In this document: positions 1 to 6,912 of the stretch, one piece after another | Layout: each line of letters starts with the position of its first letter | How positions within the stretch are numbered: the stretch's first letter is position 1 | IMG/VR virus record: IMGVR_UViG_3300048562_000006 | Coordinates: 1 to 25,483 of that record | Origin: a virus | Taxonomy: Duplodnaviria; Caudoviricetes | DNA: 25,483 nucleotides | Strand: one strand, 5' to 3' | The notes under the pieces: generated by a model | What the model was told of the DNA's origin: nothing | Databases searched by the model: none | The model's input: the letters and a program-made list of their open reading frames with translations, nothing else | Made by a program: the position numbers and the translations under genes

Positions 1-162
1 ATTTGCCGAGCGACCAAAGCCAACCACGCAAGCGGTTGCCGCACCGTTGAAGTAGCCCCATTCCATGCAGGCGGCTTCGTTGGTGGCTGGCGACAGGAAG
101 GCATGTGATGCCGCCGTGATGGTTGTAACGGTAGTGCGTTGTGCAAGTGAGTAGATTGCCAT
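1..162 (-). CDS. Hypothetical virion protein, truncated by the window edge (MAIYSLAQRTTVTT...)
   Basis: ATG at 162-160 preceded by AAGGAG; the frame is open to position 1; it lies in the late operon downstream of the portal. Confidence 0.7.
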   Translation of the reverse strand, partial: MAIYSLAQRTTVTTITAASHAFLSPATNEAACMEWGYFNGAATACVVGFGRSAN

Positions 163-172
163 GTGTTTCTCC

Positions 173-550
173 TTATGCAGCGTGAGTGATAACAGCGGAA
201 TTGAGCGTCACGGTATCGCCCGCCGTGATCGCCAAGCTAGACAAATTGATATCTGCGCCGGAAGTGCTTACCGTCAGTCCAGACACAACTATCGTTCCGG
301 TCGAATCCTTGATGCGTGCGATTGCAGCCGTTCCGGTGTTGTCAGCGTTCGTGTCGGACTTCGGCATGGTCAGTGTCAGGGCTTGCGTACCAACAGTCCC
401 GCATGGATCGGACAGCGTGATCGTCGCCAGAACCGCAGCGTAAGCAGCAGAACAAATCTCGATGTAGCCCGCACCCGCGCCGCCATCAATGGCATTGAGT
501 ACCTGCGTCATGCGGTTGTCTTTGACTGTGTTGTTGTAGGTTACGGACAC
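173..550 (-). CDS. Putative virion structural protein (125 aa, Thr/Ala/Gly-rich)
   Basis: GTG start overlaps the portal TAG stop; composition and position are typical of structural genes. Confidence 0.7.
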   Translation of the reverse strand: MSVTYNNTVKDNRMTQVLNAIDGGAGAGYIEICSAAYAAVLATITLSDPCGTVGTQALTLTMPKSDTNADNTGTAAIARIKDSTGTIVVSGLTVSTSGADINLSSLAITAGDTVTLNSAVITHAA

Positions 551-2850
551 TATTGCACCTGTCCAGTATATATAGCCCCGCTAGGAGCCTGTAGTTGCAT
601 CGTCTTGGGCCGCATCATTGCTTCCGCAACAGATGCAATTGCCTGCATGGTCTGATCGTGTGATGCCTGAATCATGGAAATCATTTCAGCATTCATTGAA
701 GCGTTCATATCGGCATTCTCTTCTGGCTGTTGATCGGCTTCCATGTCCTGATCCGGTGCCGGAGCTTGAGCAGTCTGGAAAGCAGATACCAATTCCTTGA
801 CATGAGCTTCGTGTTGCGAGAGGAGCATTTGGATTTTCTCGATTCCATTTTCCATCTCCACTTTCATTCGTTCAGTCTCAGCCTCGAAAGCCTTGATGTC
901 TGCTTCCCTGCTCTTGATTGCAGCTTCATCATTCTTGTTTTTTGCAGTCAGCTTCAATTCCATCAGTTCCGTGTTCATCTGCTGCAATTGCTCTCCAGCC
1001 TGTTGCAGCGCGGCGTCGCGCTCCTGAATTGCCACCTCAGCACCTTGCATCATGGCTTGCATTTCAGGCGGCATTTCTTGCCCGTTGCCTTCTTTCTGCT
1101 GTTCGGCTTGCAGCACTTGCGGCGGGAGCATGGCTTTCAATCGCGCAGCGATCTCGTCAGCACCAGGCCAGTCCATCGACTTGACCATCAAGTCGCCAAT
1201 CACGGTCATCAATTCCGGGTTGGCTTGCGTCATTTCCACCATCGAAGTAGCCGCTTCCTGACGCTTGGTATTGTAGGACGGCCCGGTACTGATGGAAACG
1301 TCGTAAGTTCCGACATTCAAGTTGTAAATGGATTTATGGCCAAATTTTTGCATGGCTACTTCTTGCTCTGGGTCAATCTGCGCCATTTGCGCCGTGCCAT
1401 CTTCCCCGAGGATGCGAATTACGCGCTTGGAGTCGTAAATCTTCGGGATCAGATCAACCAGTACCCGGCCAAGATGACGAATCGCCCTGCCTTGGTTGTC
1501 GATGTAATGGAATGTGGACGTATCGCCTTCGCGCTGTCGGGCGAGAATGGCTTTACCGCTGCGCTCGTTGCTCGGGGCACCAACCGAAGCCGCATACATG
1601 CCAAGTGCGGCCTGAATGTCATGCTCCGCGATCTGCATATCCTGCGCGAATCCTGCCGGAATGTCCGCACTAGGCTGGCGCTGCGGTGCGGGAACCATGT
1701 GCCCATCAATGGACTGCGGCTTGTATTTCAATACTGAGATATTCGCTTGATTTGCCGTGGCCCATTCGTCCGCGTAATCCTCAACCTGTCCATCTGCGGC
1801 AACCCACGGCGCTTTCGGAGTCAAGGCGACGCGCTCTGCAAATGCGCTGCGCGAGTAGTTGTATAGTCTTGCGGGGTCTTTTCCTGAGCGGATAAGGCCG
1901 GAGTATGTTATCTTTCCGTCAATGTCGTATTCGTTACCGACTACGATAAACAGGGGGATGTATTTACCTTTCCAGTCTCGGCGTTCCAGAATCTCCGCCC
2001 CGGAAACCCTGCACCACTTCACTTTTCTGACCGGAATTTCGCGGGAATCGACGATTGCAGGAGGAATAATTCCCTCTGCCAACGCCTCGTCGTATTCTCT
2101 CGCGGTTATCGTGGTTCCATCCTCGATGAAATGTACAAGTTCCTGTTCTTCTTCGACATACCAGTATTCGCAGACGGTTACTTTTTCCTCACTAATCCAG
2201 TCGTCGCCGTATTTTGCGCCGTCTGTCTGCCAATCGGTATGTTCTGCTTTTGGATAGGTGCGCTTGAATTCAGCCTTGCTCATTTCATCGACAAACCATG
2301 CTTCCTTCAAATCAGACGCATCAGCTTCCTCGAACTCGCCCAACAAAACAGTCATAGGATTGCGAACACGCTTGATGCAAATTTCCTGATCAAATGAATT
2401 CTGGCTTGAATATTCCGTCAGCACACGGAAGAACCCGAATCCGCCAACAACCGCGCATTCCAGAGCGGTATCGTATGCGATGTCTGAATTCGATCTGTCC
2501 TCGATGTGGCGAATAAGCCCCTTGAATACGTCAGCAGTCTCAACGTCAGCCCCGCTATCTACAGGCCGTACCATAATGGCTTGCCGGTTCTGCCGACCAT
2601 CGTTGACTACTTGGCGAACGTATTGCCCTAGTTTATCAACTACCAAGCACGGGCGGTTATCCTTTTCTCGTTGAGTAATTACATCATCCGGCCATTGCTT
2701 CCCGGCGCGAAACTCCATGTCCTCTTTGGCAAGTTTCCGGTTATCGCTCCATCGTTCTTCAGCAAGCTTGTAATTCTTCTTGATCGTGTCGAGGAATTCA
2801 TCGTCAGGCGATTTTTTCGGATCGTTCTTGCTTACGGTTATTTTTTTCAT
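550..2850 (-). CDS. Portal protein, P22-like, with a long C-terminal coiled-coil barrel
   Basis: About 766 aa directly after terL; motifs GKQW...RPCLVVDKL and SNERSGKAILARQREGD; Gln/Glu-rich coiled-coil tail; ATG at 2850 overlaps the terL TGA (ATGA). Confidence 0.92.
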   Translation of the reverse strand: MKKITVSKNDPKKSPDDEFLDTIKKNYKLAEERWSDNRKLAKEDMEFRAGKQWPDDVITQREKDNRPCLVVDKLGQYVRQVVNDGRQNRQAIMVRPVDSGADVETADVFKGLIRHIEDRSNSDIAYDTALECAVVGGFGFFRVLTEYSSQNSFDQEICIKRVRNPMTVLLGEFEEADASDLKEAWFVDEMSKAEFKRTYPKAEHTDWQTDGAKYGDDWISEEKVTVCEYWYVEEEQELVHFIEDGTTITAREYDEALAEGIIPPAIVDSREIPVRKVKWCRVSGAEILERRDWKGKYIPLFIVVGNEYDIDGKITYSGLIRSGKDPARLYNYSRSAFAERVALTPKAPWVAADGQVEDYADEWATANQANISVLKYKPQSIDGHMVPAPQRQPSADIPAGFAQDMQIAEHDIQAALGMYAASVGAPSNERSGKAILARQREGDTSTFHYIDNQGRAIRHLGRVLVDLIPKIYDSKRVIRILGEDGTAQMAQIDPEQEVAMQKFGHKSIYNLNVGTYDVSISTGPSYNTKRQEAATSMVEMTQANPELMTVIGDLMVKSMDWPGADEIAARLKAMLPPQVLQAEQQKEGNGQEMPPEMQAMMQGAEVAIQERDAALQQAGEQLQQMNTELMELKLTAKNKNDEAAIKSREADIKAFEAETERMKVEMENGIEKIQMLLSQHEAHVKELVSAFQTAQAPAPDQDMEADQQPEENADMNASMNAEMISMIQASHDQTMQAIASVAEAMMRPKTMQLQAPSGAIYTGQVQ

Positions 2851-4196
2851 GCCATCCAACTCCCAACCACGCGCCGTATCTTCTCGCGCACTGGTTTCTT
2901 AGGTTCGGCCACCATGCCCGGAAACAGTTCCGTCATGGCCCATATCATAGCATCAGCCCTGTTAGGTGAATTCCCGCCAACATACCCGACAGTAGAAAAC
3001 CCGGATAACTCATCCTCAAGCTCACGGAAGTAACCAACATGGCGAACCTTGCCGTTCTCATACAGCGCGGAGATAGGTTCCGCCCGCACTACCTTTCCGC
3101 GTGTCGCAGTAACTTCCTTGTATGGCGTCCGTGGCCTGGCAGTCTGTATGACGTGCTTGACCATCGCCCCGCCATAGTTTCCTTCACCAACAATCACATC
3201 CGCCTTGTGCCGCTCATATGCGGACGTAGCAACCTTCCCCCACGTAGCAGGCCCGGCCTTGACGGTGCAGTCCTCAAGCAGATAGGCATTCCCATCCGTT
3301 CCAAGCCCGGCAACGCAAATACCGATAGCGTCATTGTCCGCGTTATCAATATCGCCGGAACCTGAAGGATCGACCGCCACCACAATCCGCACCAAGTCAG
3401 GCGTGTTCCCATCCAGCACGCGCCACTTCTCGATGTCCTCATCCATAAATAACTGATTCGGTGTCGCGTCAGCAAACTCGCCATCCAGAAACCGCTTCCG
3501 AAGCCTCGCGCTCAAAGACGCCAGCGTATCGAGATACCCTTCCCCAAGGTTCTCCGCGTTGTCCAGCGGATTCATCTGGAAATAGGCATACTCATGCGGG
3601 TTTTTTATCGGCTCGTTCGTGTCAGGATCAATCCCCTTAACGAATAGCTTATACGACCAGTGCGCCTTGCTAGGCGGGTTGCAGTCATAGTACATGCGCG
3701 GCTTCAGAGGAACGGATTCCTTCCCGTTCATGACAACCATCACTCGCTGCGCCAAGCGAGTAAGCGCCATATCCCTGGATGCCTGTGGTATCTGCGAACA
3801 CTCGTTCAGATATATCGTGCTGTGTTCCTGGCCCAAAATCTTCTCAGTCCGCGCCTTGTCATCGAGTCCGCCAAACCATATCTGCGATCCGTTCGGCAAC
3901 TCAGCAAACCAGTCCGTCTTGTCTATCCGATAGGTAATCCCCTTGAAGCACATTTCCATGACCTTGGGAAAAGTGTCATGGATGATTGAAGCCTTGATGT
4001 GATTGAACCGAAACCGAAGAATGGCGTGCCGTGAATGCGGCGTCTTGAGCGCCCTAAAGACAATGTTCCGAACCAGTAAAAAAGTTTTTCCAGATCGTGA
4101 TCCACCAAACAACATGATGTGCTTGGCCGACCCGGCGCAAACGTCCTGCGCTTCCAACTGCTTGGCCGTAAGCTTGAACTCGACCAACTCACTCAT
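2847..4196 (-). CDS. terL: Terminase large subunit
   Basis: Walker A GGSRSGKT, Walker B-like IYLNECSQ, coupling motif DCNP, RNase H-like nuclease VAVDPS...DA. Confidence 0.95.
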   Translation of the reverse strand: MSELVEFKLTAKQLEAQDVCAGSAKHIMLFGGSRSGKTFLLVRNIVFRALKTPHSRHAILRFRFNHIKASIIHDTFPKVMEMCFKGITYRIDKTDWFAELPNGSQIWFGGLDDKARTEKILGQEHSTIYLNECSQIPQASRDMALTRLAQRVMVVMNGKESVPLKPRMYYDCNPPSKAHWSYKLFVKGIDPDTNEPIKNPHEYAYFQMNPLDNAENLGEGYLDTLASLSARLRKRFLDGEFADATPNQLFMDEDIEKWRVLDGNTPDLVRIVVAVDPSGSGDIDNADNDAIGICVAGLGTDGNAYLLEDCTVKAGPATWGKVATSAYERHKADVIVGEGNYGGAMVKHVIQTARPRTPYKEVTATRGKVVRAEPISALYENGKVRHVGYFRELEDELSGFSTVGYVGGNSPNRADAMIWAMTELFPGMVAEPKKPVREKIRRVVGSWMA

Positions 4197-4630
4197 AACT
4201 CGGCATCCTGCGCCGTAGCAACAATCGTCACCCCGCCACTATGCTCAATCTGCTGCTTCTCCCCATACCTGTTCTTGTCGTACTGCTTCGCCCTTCTATC
4301 AAACACGTCAGCCCTTAATTTCCTCAACTGAACATCGTCAATCGTCGCTTCCCTAACCTCAGCAAGCGACTCATACGCCAGATTGTCCGCATGGCATCGC
4401 AGCGCCAAGTCAATCATAGCCATCCTCGACTTGTCCGCCTCCAGCCATTTCCGCATCACAATGTACGGCATCCCGAATGACTGTGCTATCTGTTGCGGAC
4501 TCTCTCCCTCCGCAACCATCCCTGCGATCATATCCAGGTACCCATCAACACCATGATCCGCTACAAGCTGATCCTGCCGCGCATACCCAACCGTCTTCGG
4601 CTTTGAACCAACAGGCAACAACTCTCCCAT
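4193..4630 (-). CDS. terS: Terminase small subunit
   Basis: Immediately upstream of terL with an ATGA overlap; N-terminal HTH-like segment; C-terminal RYGEKQQIEHSGGV typical of TerS; start placed at a TGATG overlap. Confidence 0.8.
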   Translation of the reverse strand: MGELLPVGSKPKTVGYARQDQLVADHGVDGYLDMIAGMVAEGESPQQIAQSFGMPYIVMRKWLEADKSRMAMIDLALRCHADNLAYESLAEVREATIDDVQLRKLRADVFDRRAKQYDKNRYGEKQQIEHSGGVTIVATAQDAEL

Positions 4631-4830
4631 CACCGCCCCTGACTTTGCGCCCATTGCTCGGGAGACAACGGCTGTTGTCCCATCGCCTGCATTTCCTGAA
4701 CATACATCTGGTAAGCCCGCCCACTCAATTGCTGTCCGGCCTGTGCTGCACTACCCGACCCAAGCTGTTGAGGATTCGGCTTGTTACCCTGCCATGCAGA
4801 CGGCAATAAATCAGCCAGTGTCCATGCCAT
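4630..4830 (-). CDS. Small Gln-rich hypothetical protein (66 aa)
   Basis: GGAGG RBS before the ATG at 4830; stop is coupled to the terS start. Confidence 0.7.
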   Translation of the reverse strand: MAWTLADLLPSAWQGNKPNPQQLGSGSAAQAGQQLSGRAYQMYVQEMQAMGQQPLSPEQWAQSQGR

Positions 4831-4845
4831 ACAAACCTCCAATTA

Positions 4846-5100
4846 GTTAGCACTTACTTACATCCTTATAGCACGTCACCAACCAGCTAGCAAGATGACA
4901 CATATATTAATTAAACTTATGGCGTGGATGCGATTACTAATGAGCCCATTTTTGAAAGTGATTGGGATATTTTTGGTTCTATACCCATAGTGGTGGGTGC
5001 GCCGCATTGGCCAATACCCCCCCACCCCCCTACCCAGTCAGTGCTCACCCCCCCCTATAAGTTAGTGAGTGCTCACATCACTACCCTAGTAAGCGCCCAC
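4846..5100. promoter_or_regulatory. Four SlmA-binding-sequence-like palindromes (4846-4857, 5037-5048, 5065-5076, 5089-5100)
   Basis: GTTAGCACTTAC, GTCAGTGCTCAC, GTGAGTGCTCAC and GTAAGCGCCCAC compared with the E. coli SBS consensus GTGAGTACTCAC. Confidence 0.5.
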
Positions 5101-5115
5101 TAACCTATGCGCTCC

Positions 5116-5143
5116 ATTTAACATAACAGCCATTATGCGCGTA
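5116..5143 (-). other. XerCD dif-like recombination site
   Basis: Minus strand reads TACGCGCATAA-TGGCTG-TTATGTTAAAT; E. coli dif is GGTGCGCATAA-TGTATA-TTATGTTAAAT. XerD arm 11/11, XerC arm 8/11, 6-bp spacer. Confidence 0.85.
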
Positions 5144-5164
5144 GTGCGCTGCAACAACCATACA

Positions 5165-5177
5165 TATCAATAGCTTA
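5165..5177 (+). promoter_or_regulatory. IHF consensus site
   Basis: TATCAATAGCTTA matches WATCAANNNNTTR exactly, about 20 bp from the dif-like site. Confidence 0.5.
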
Positions 5178-5189
5178 CGCTCTCCGCCT

Positions 5190-5245
5190 CATGCGAATGA
5201 TTATCATCTAGCCCATAAGCCGCGCCTTAATGCGAATGAATGCTA
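5190..5245. promoter_or_regulatory. Fur-box-like site (5192-5206) plus a weaker second copy (5229-5245)
   Basis: TGCGAAT-G-ATTATCA compared with the 7-1-7 consensus TGATAAT-N-ATTATCA; ATGCGAATGA occurs twice. Confidence 0.45.
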
Positions 5246-5431
5246 TCTCTGCAGGATAGTGCAGCACGATCAGGGCATCGAGTAGGAGCGGCCTAGGACG
5301 GGCCAACGCATCCGGGCATACCCTTGCCTACCTCGGCACTAGATCGCCGCGCATGGGCCGATATGGGCACGCTGCTGCATGGCTTAAAGCAACAGCATCG
5401 GCTCCGGCAATATGGCCAGCTTGACCGCAAT

Positions 5432-5650
5432 GGGAGGATTGGGAGGATTATCGGCAAAGGGGTATCTGGCTGGATGATGGGGGAGGATTTGGGAGGGTTG
5501 GGAGGGTTGAATCGTTTTTTGGAAAGTTTTACAACGCGCGCACATCGCACACCGGTACTTTCCAAAAATCAATATGATCCTCCCTATGCTCCCAGTATTG
5601 TTGTTAATCAATAACATGTGATACTTTGTATTTTATTCTCCCATCCTCCC
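5432..5650. repeat. Convergent 8-9 bp iterons (GGGAGGAT[T]), putative replication origin
   Basis: Forward copies at 5432, 5441, 5481, 5491 and 5500; reverse copies at 5577, 5586, 5635 and 5643; AT-rich patches between them. Confidence 0.6.
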
Positions 5651-5708
5651 AATAAGTCTTATCTATCGCATCATAAACACAATCATGCAAGTTAGCTGCA
5701 AATAATTC

Positions 5709-5737
5709 TTGCAATCTGTCGCGCTATCCATTATTGT
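5709..5737 (+). promoter_or_regulatory. Sigma70-type promoter of the early rightward operon
   Basis: TTGCAA-17 bp-TATTGT upstream of the RBS and ATG at 5776. Confidence 0.6.
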
Positions 5738-5775
5738 GAGGGTGTAGGCTAACTAACTAGATAGGGGAAACGATC

Positions 5776-5880
5776 ATGCTTAAACTTGGAACTGAAACAA
5801 GTGGGCGCTTCAAGCGCACGAGTGGCGCAAACTGCATCCTGCTAGGGAAGCGCGAAAAGTATCACGACTTCAGCTTCTAA
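5776..5880 (+). CDS. 34-aa ORF (MLKLGTETSGRFKRTSGANCILLGKREKYHDFSF), possibly an internally deleted remnant
   Basis: AGGGGA RBS; first ORF after the promoter. Both ends resemble a longer phage protein family as I recall it (not verified). Confidence 0.45.
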   Translation: MLKLGTETSGRFKRTSGANCILLGKREKYHDFSF

Positions 5881-5884
5881 CCAC

Positions 5885-5941
5885 GTCAAGCCGCTTCTCA
5901 CGAAGCGGTTTGGAGGCTAAACAGTCCGGCCTAAAGGACTG
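5885..5941 (+). ncRNA. Structured cis-RNA motif, copy 1 (hairpin plus H-type pseudoknot)
   Basis: Hairpin AAGCCGCTTC-TCAC-GAAGCGGTTT; interlocked stems AGGCT/GGCCT and CAGTCC/GGACTG; covaries with copy 2. Confidence 0.65.
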
Positions 5942-5963
5942 GACAACACGAAAGGGAAACAAA

Positions 5964-6137
5964 ATGGAACTCAAGAAAATGACGTTCATGGCCGCTTGCA
6001 AGGACTTCTTCGGACTGCATACGGGACAGACTGGCCTCCAGTTTGGGCAGGAGATCAAGGCCCTTACCGCCGATGACCGCGCCGAGATCGCCAAAGGGCT
6101 GGAGCAGTCCGGCTATCAGATCGTCAATCCGGCCTGA
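5964..6137 (+). CDS. Hypothetical early protein (57 aa)
   Basis: AAGGG RBS and ATG at 5964; flanked by the two RNA motif copies. Confidence 0.7.
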   Translation: MELKKMTFMAACKDFFGLHTGQTGLQFGQEIKALTADDRAEIAKGLEQSGYQIVNPA

Positions 6138-6146
6138 GACGGCCAA

Positions 6147-6205
6147 GTCAAGCCGCTTAGCAATAGGCGGTTTGGAGGGTTAAGCAGTCCGCCCTAATGG
6201 ATTGC
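6147..6205 (+). ncRNA. Structured cis-RNA motif, copy 2 (GNRA hairpin plus pseudoknot)
   Basis: Hairpin AAGCCGCTTA-GCAA-TAGGCGGTTT; stems AGGGT/GCCCT and GCAGTCC/GGATTGC. Confidence 0.65.
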
Positions 6206-6224
6206 ATAGAGATAGGGGAATATC

Positions 6225-6551
6225 ATGACAAACAAACATACACCGGGCCCGTGGCGCAGTGACGTTCAAGGTAGTGACGGAGACCAGGTATTTTCCGCTA
6301 ATGGGATGATTGTTGCGGACTGTAAGTGGACAGCCGAAGTATTCGATAAAAGAGTCGCAAACGCCGCCCTCATCGCATCCGCTCCAGACTTGCTAGTCGA
6401 GCGCGACAGCCTGCGCGAGGTCAATGCTGAGTTGGTGGCGGCGTTGAAGCGCATCATTGCATTCGACTCGATGGACTACGGACTGCACATTCGCGGTATG
6501 CAAGGCATCGCCCGCTCCGCCATCGCTAAAGCCGAGGAGGTCGCGAAATGA
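6225..6551 (+). CDS. Conserved phage hypothetical protein (HTPGPW...ANAALIASAPDLL family)
   Basis: Characteristic motifs of a widespread phage family; AGGGGA RBS. Confidence 0.85.
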   Translation: MTNKHTPGPWRSDVQGSDGDQVFSANGMIVADCKWTAEVFDKRVANAALIASAPDLLVERDSLREVNAELVAALKRIIAFDSMDYGLHIRGMQGIARSAIAKAEEVAK

Positions 6552-6634
6552 TCCAGTCCGATCTCGCCATACTTCTCTGCATAGCCTGCTTTCTGGCGGG
6601 GTATGTCTTCAAAATTCTTGAGGGGGTATTATGA
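6548..6634 (+). CDS. 28-aa membrane peptide
   Basis: GAGGAGG RBS, ATGA overlaps at both ends, hydrophobic sequence (LAILLCIACFLAGYVF). Confidence 0.55.
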   Translation: MIQSDLAILLCIACFLAGYVFKILEGVL

Positions 6635-6762
6635 CAATGCACATTGAAGGCCGCCGATGGTTCCAAAAGACTTGGGGCAATACATACAACACAGTCCGCA
6701 TTTTCAAGGATGGCGAACTGATTGCAGACTTGCCGATGAAGTACGGATATGGCGGATCCTAG
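6631..6762 (+). CDS. 43-aa hypothetical protein, possibly C-terminally truncated
   Basis: GAGGGGG RBS and ATGA coupling; MTMHIEGRRWFQKTWGNTYNTVRIF...YGYGGS ends in TAG. Confidence 0.5.
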   Translation: MTMHIEGRRWFQKTWGNTYNTVRIFKDGELIADLPMKYGYGGS

Positions 6763-6873
6763 AATCGTGTATTGCAGCAGCATCGCAAACAAGTACGAAC
6801 GAATTAATGTGATAAGCTACTAACTGTTTCCCCCTCGCGGCAATCCCCGCCGCTCCTGCCAACGGCAGGTTAT

Positions 6874-6910
6874 GCCCGGACTGAGCCTAGCTCGTTCGGG
6901 TATTTTTTTT
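6874..6910 (+). terminator. Rho-independent terminator between convergent operons
   Basis: Imperfect GC stem (CCCGGACTGAGC-CTA-GCTCGTTCGGG) followed by a T8 tract. Confidence 0.6.
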
Positions 6911-6912
6911 GC

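Noticed and set aside
730-1737. 335-aa plus-strand ORF and similar long antisense ORFs (9478-10245, 14763-15512, 12598-13257)
   Set aside because: They are antisense shadows of clearly recognisable genes and carry no recognisable motifs, including no IntI-like motifs.
5028-5035. KOPS motif GGGTAGGG near the dif-like site
   Set aside because: It is a single copy inside a G tract and points away from the dif-like site, so it is probably chance.
5293-5617. ORFs overlapping the iteron region
   Set aside because: They are low-complexity translations of the repeats without a convincing RBS.
6836-6870. Two small GC hairpins before the terminator, considered as a tRNA or sRNA
   Set aside because: There is no cloverleaf or T-loop motif and no second copy to support a structure.
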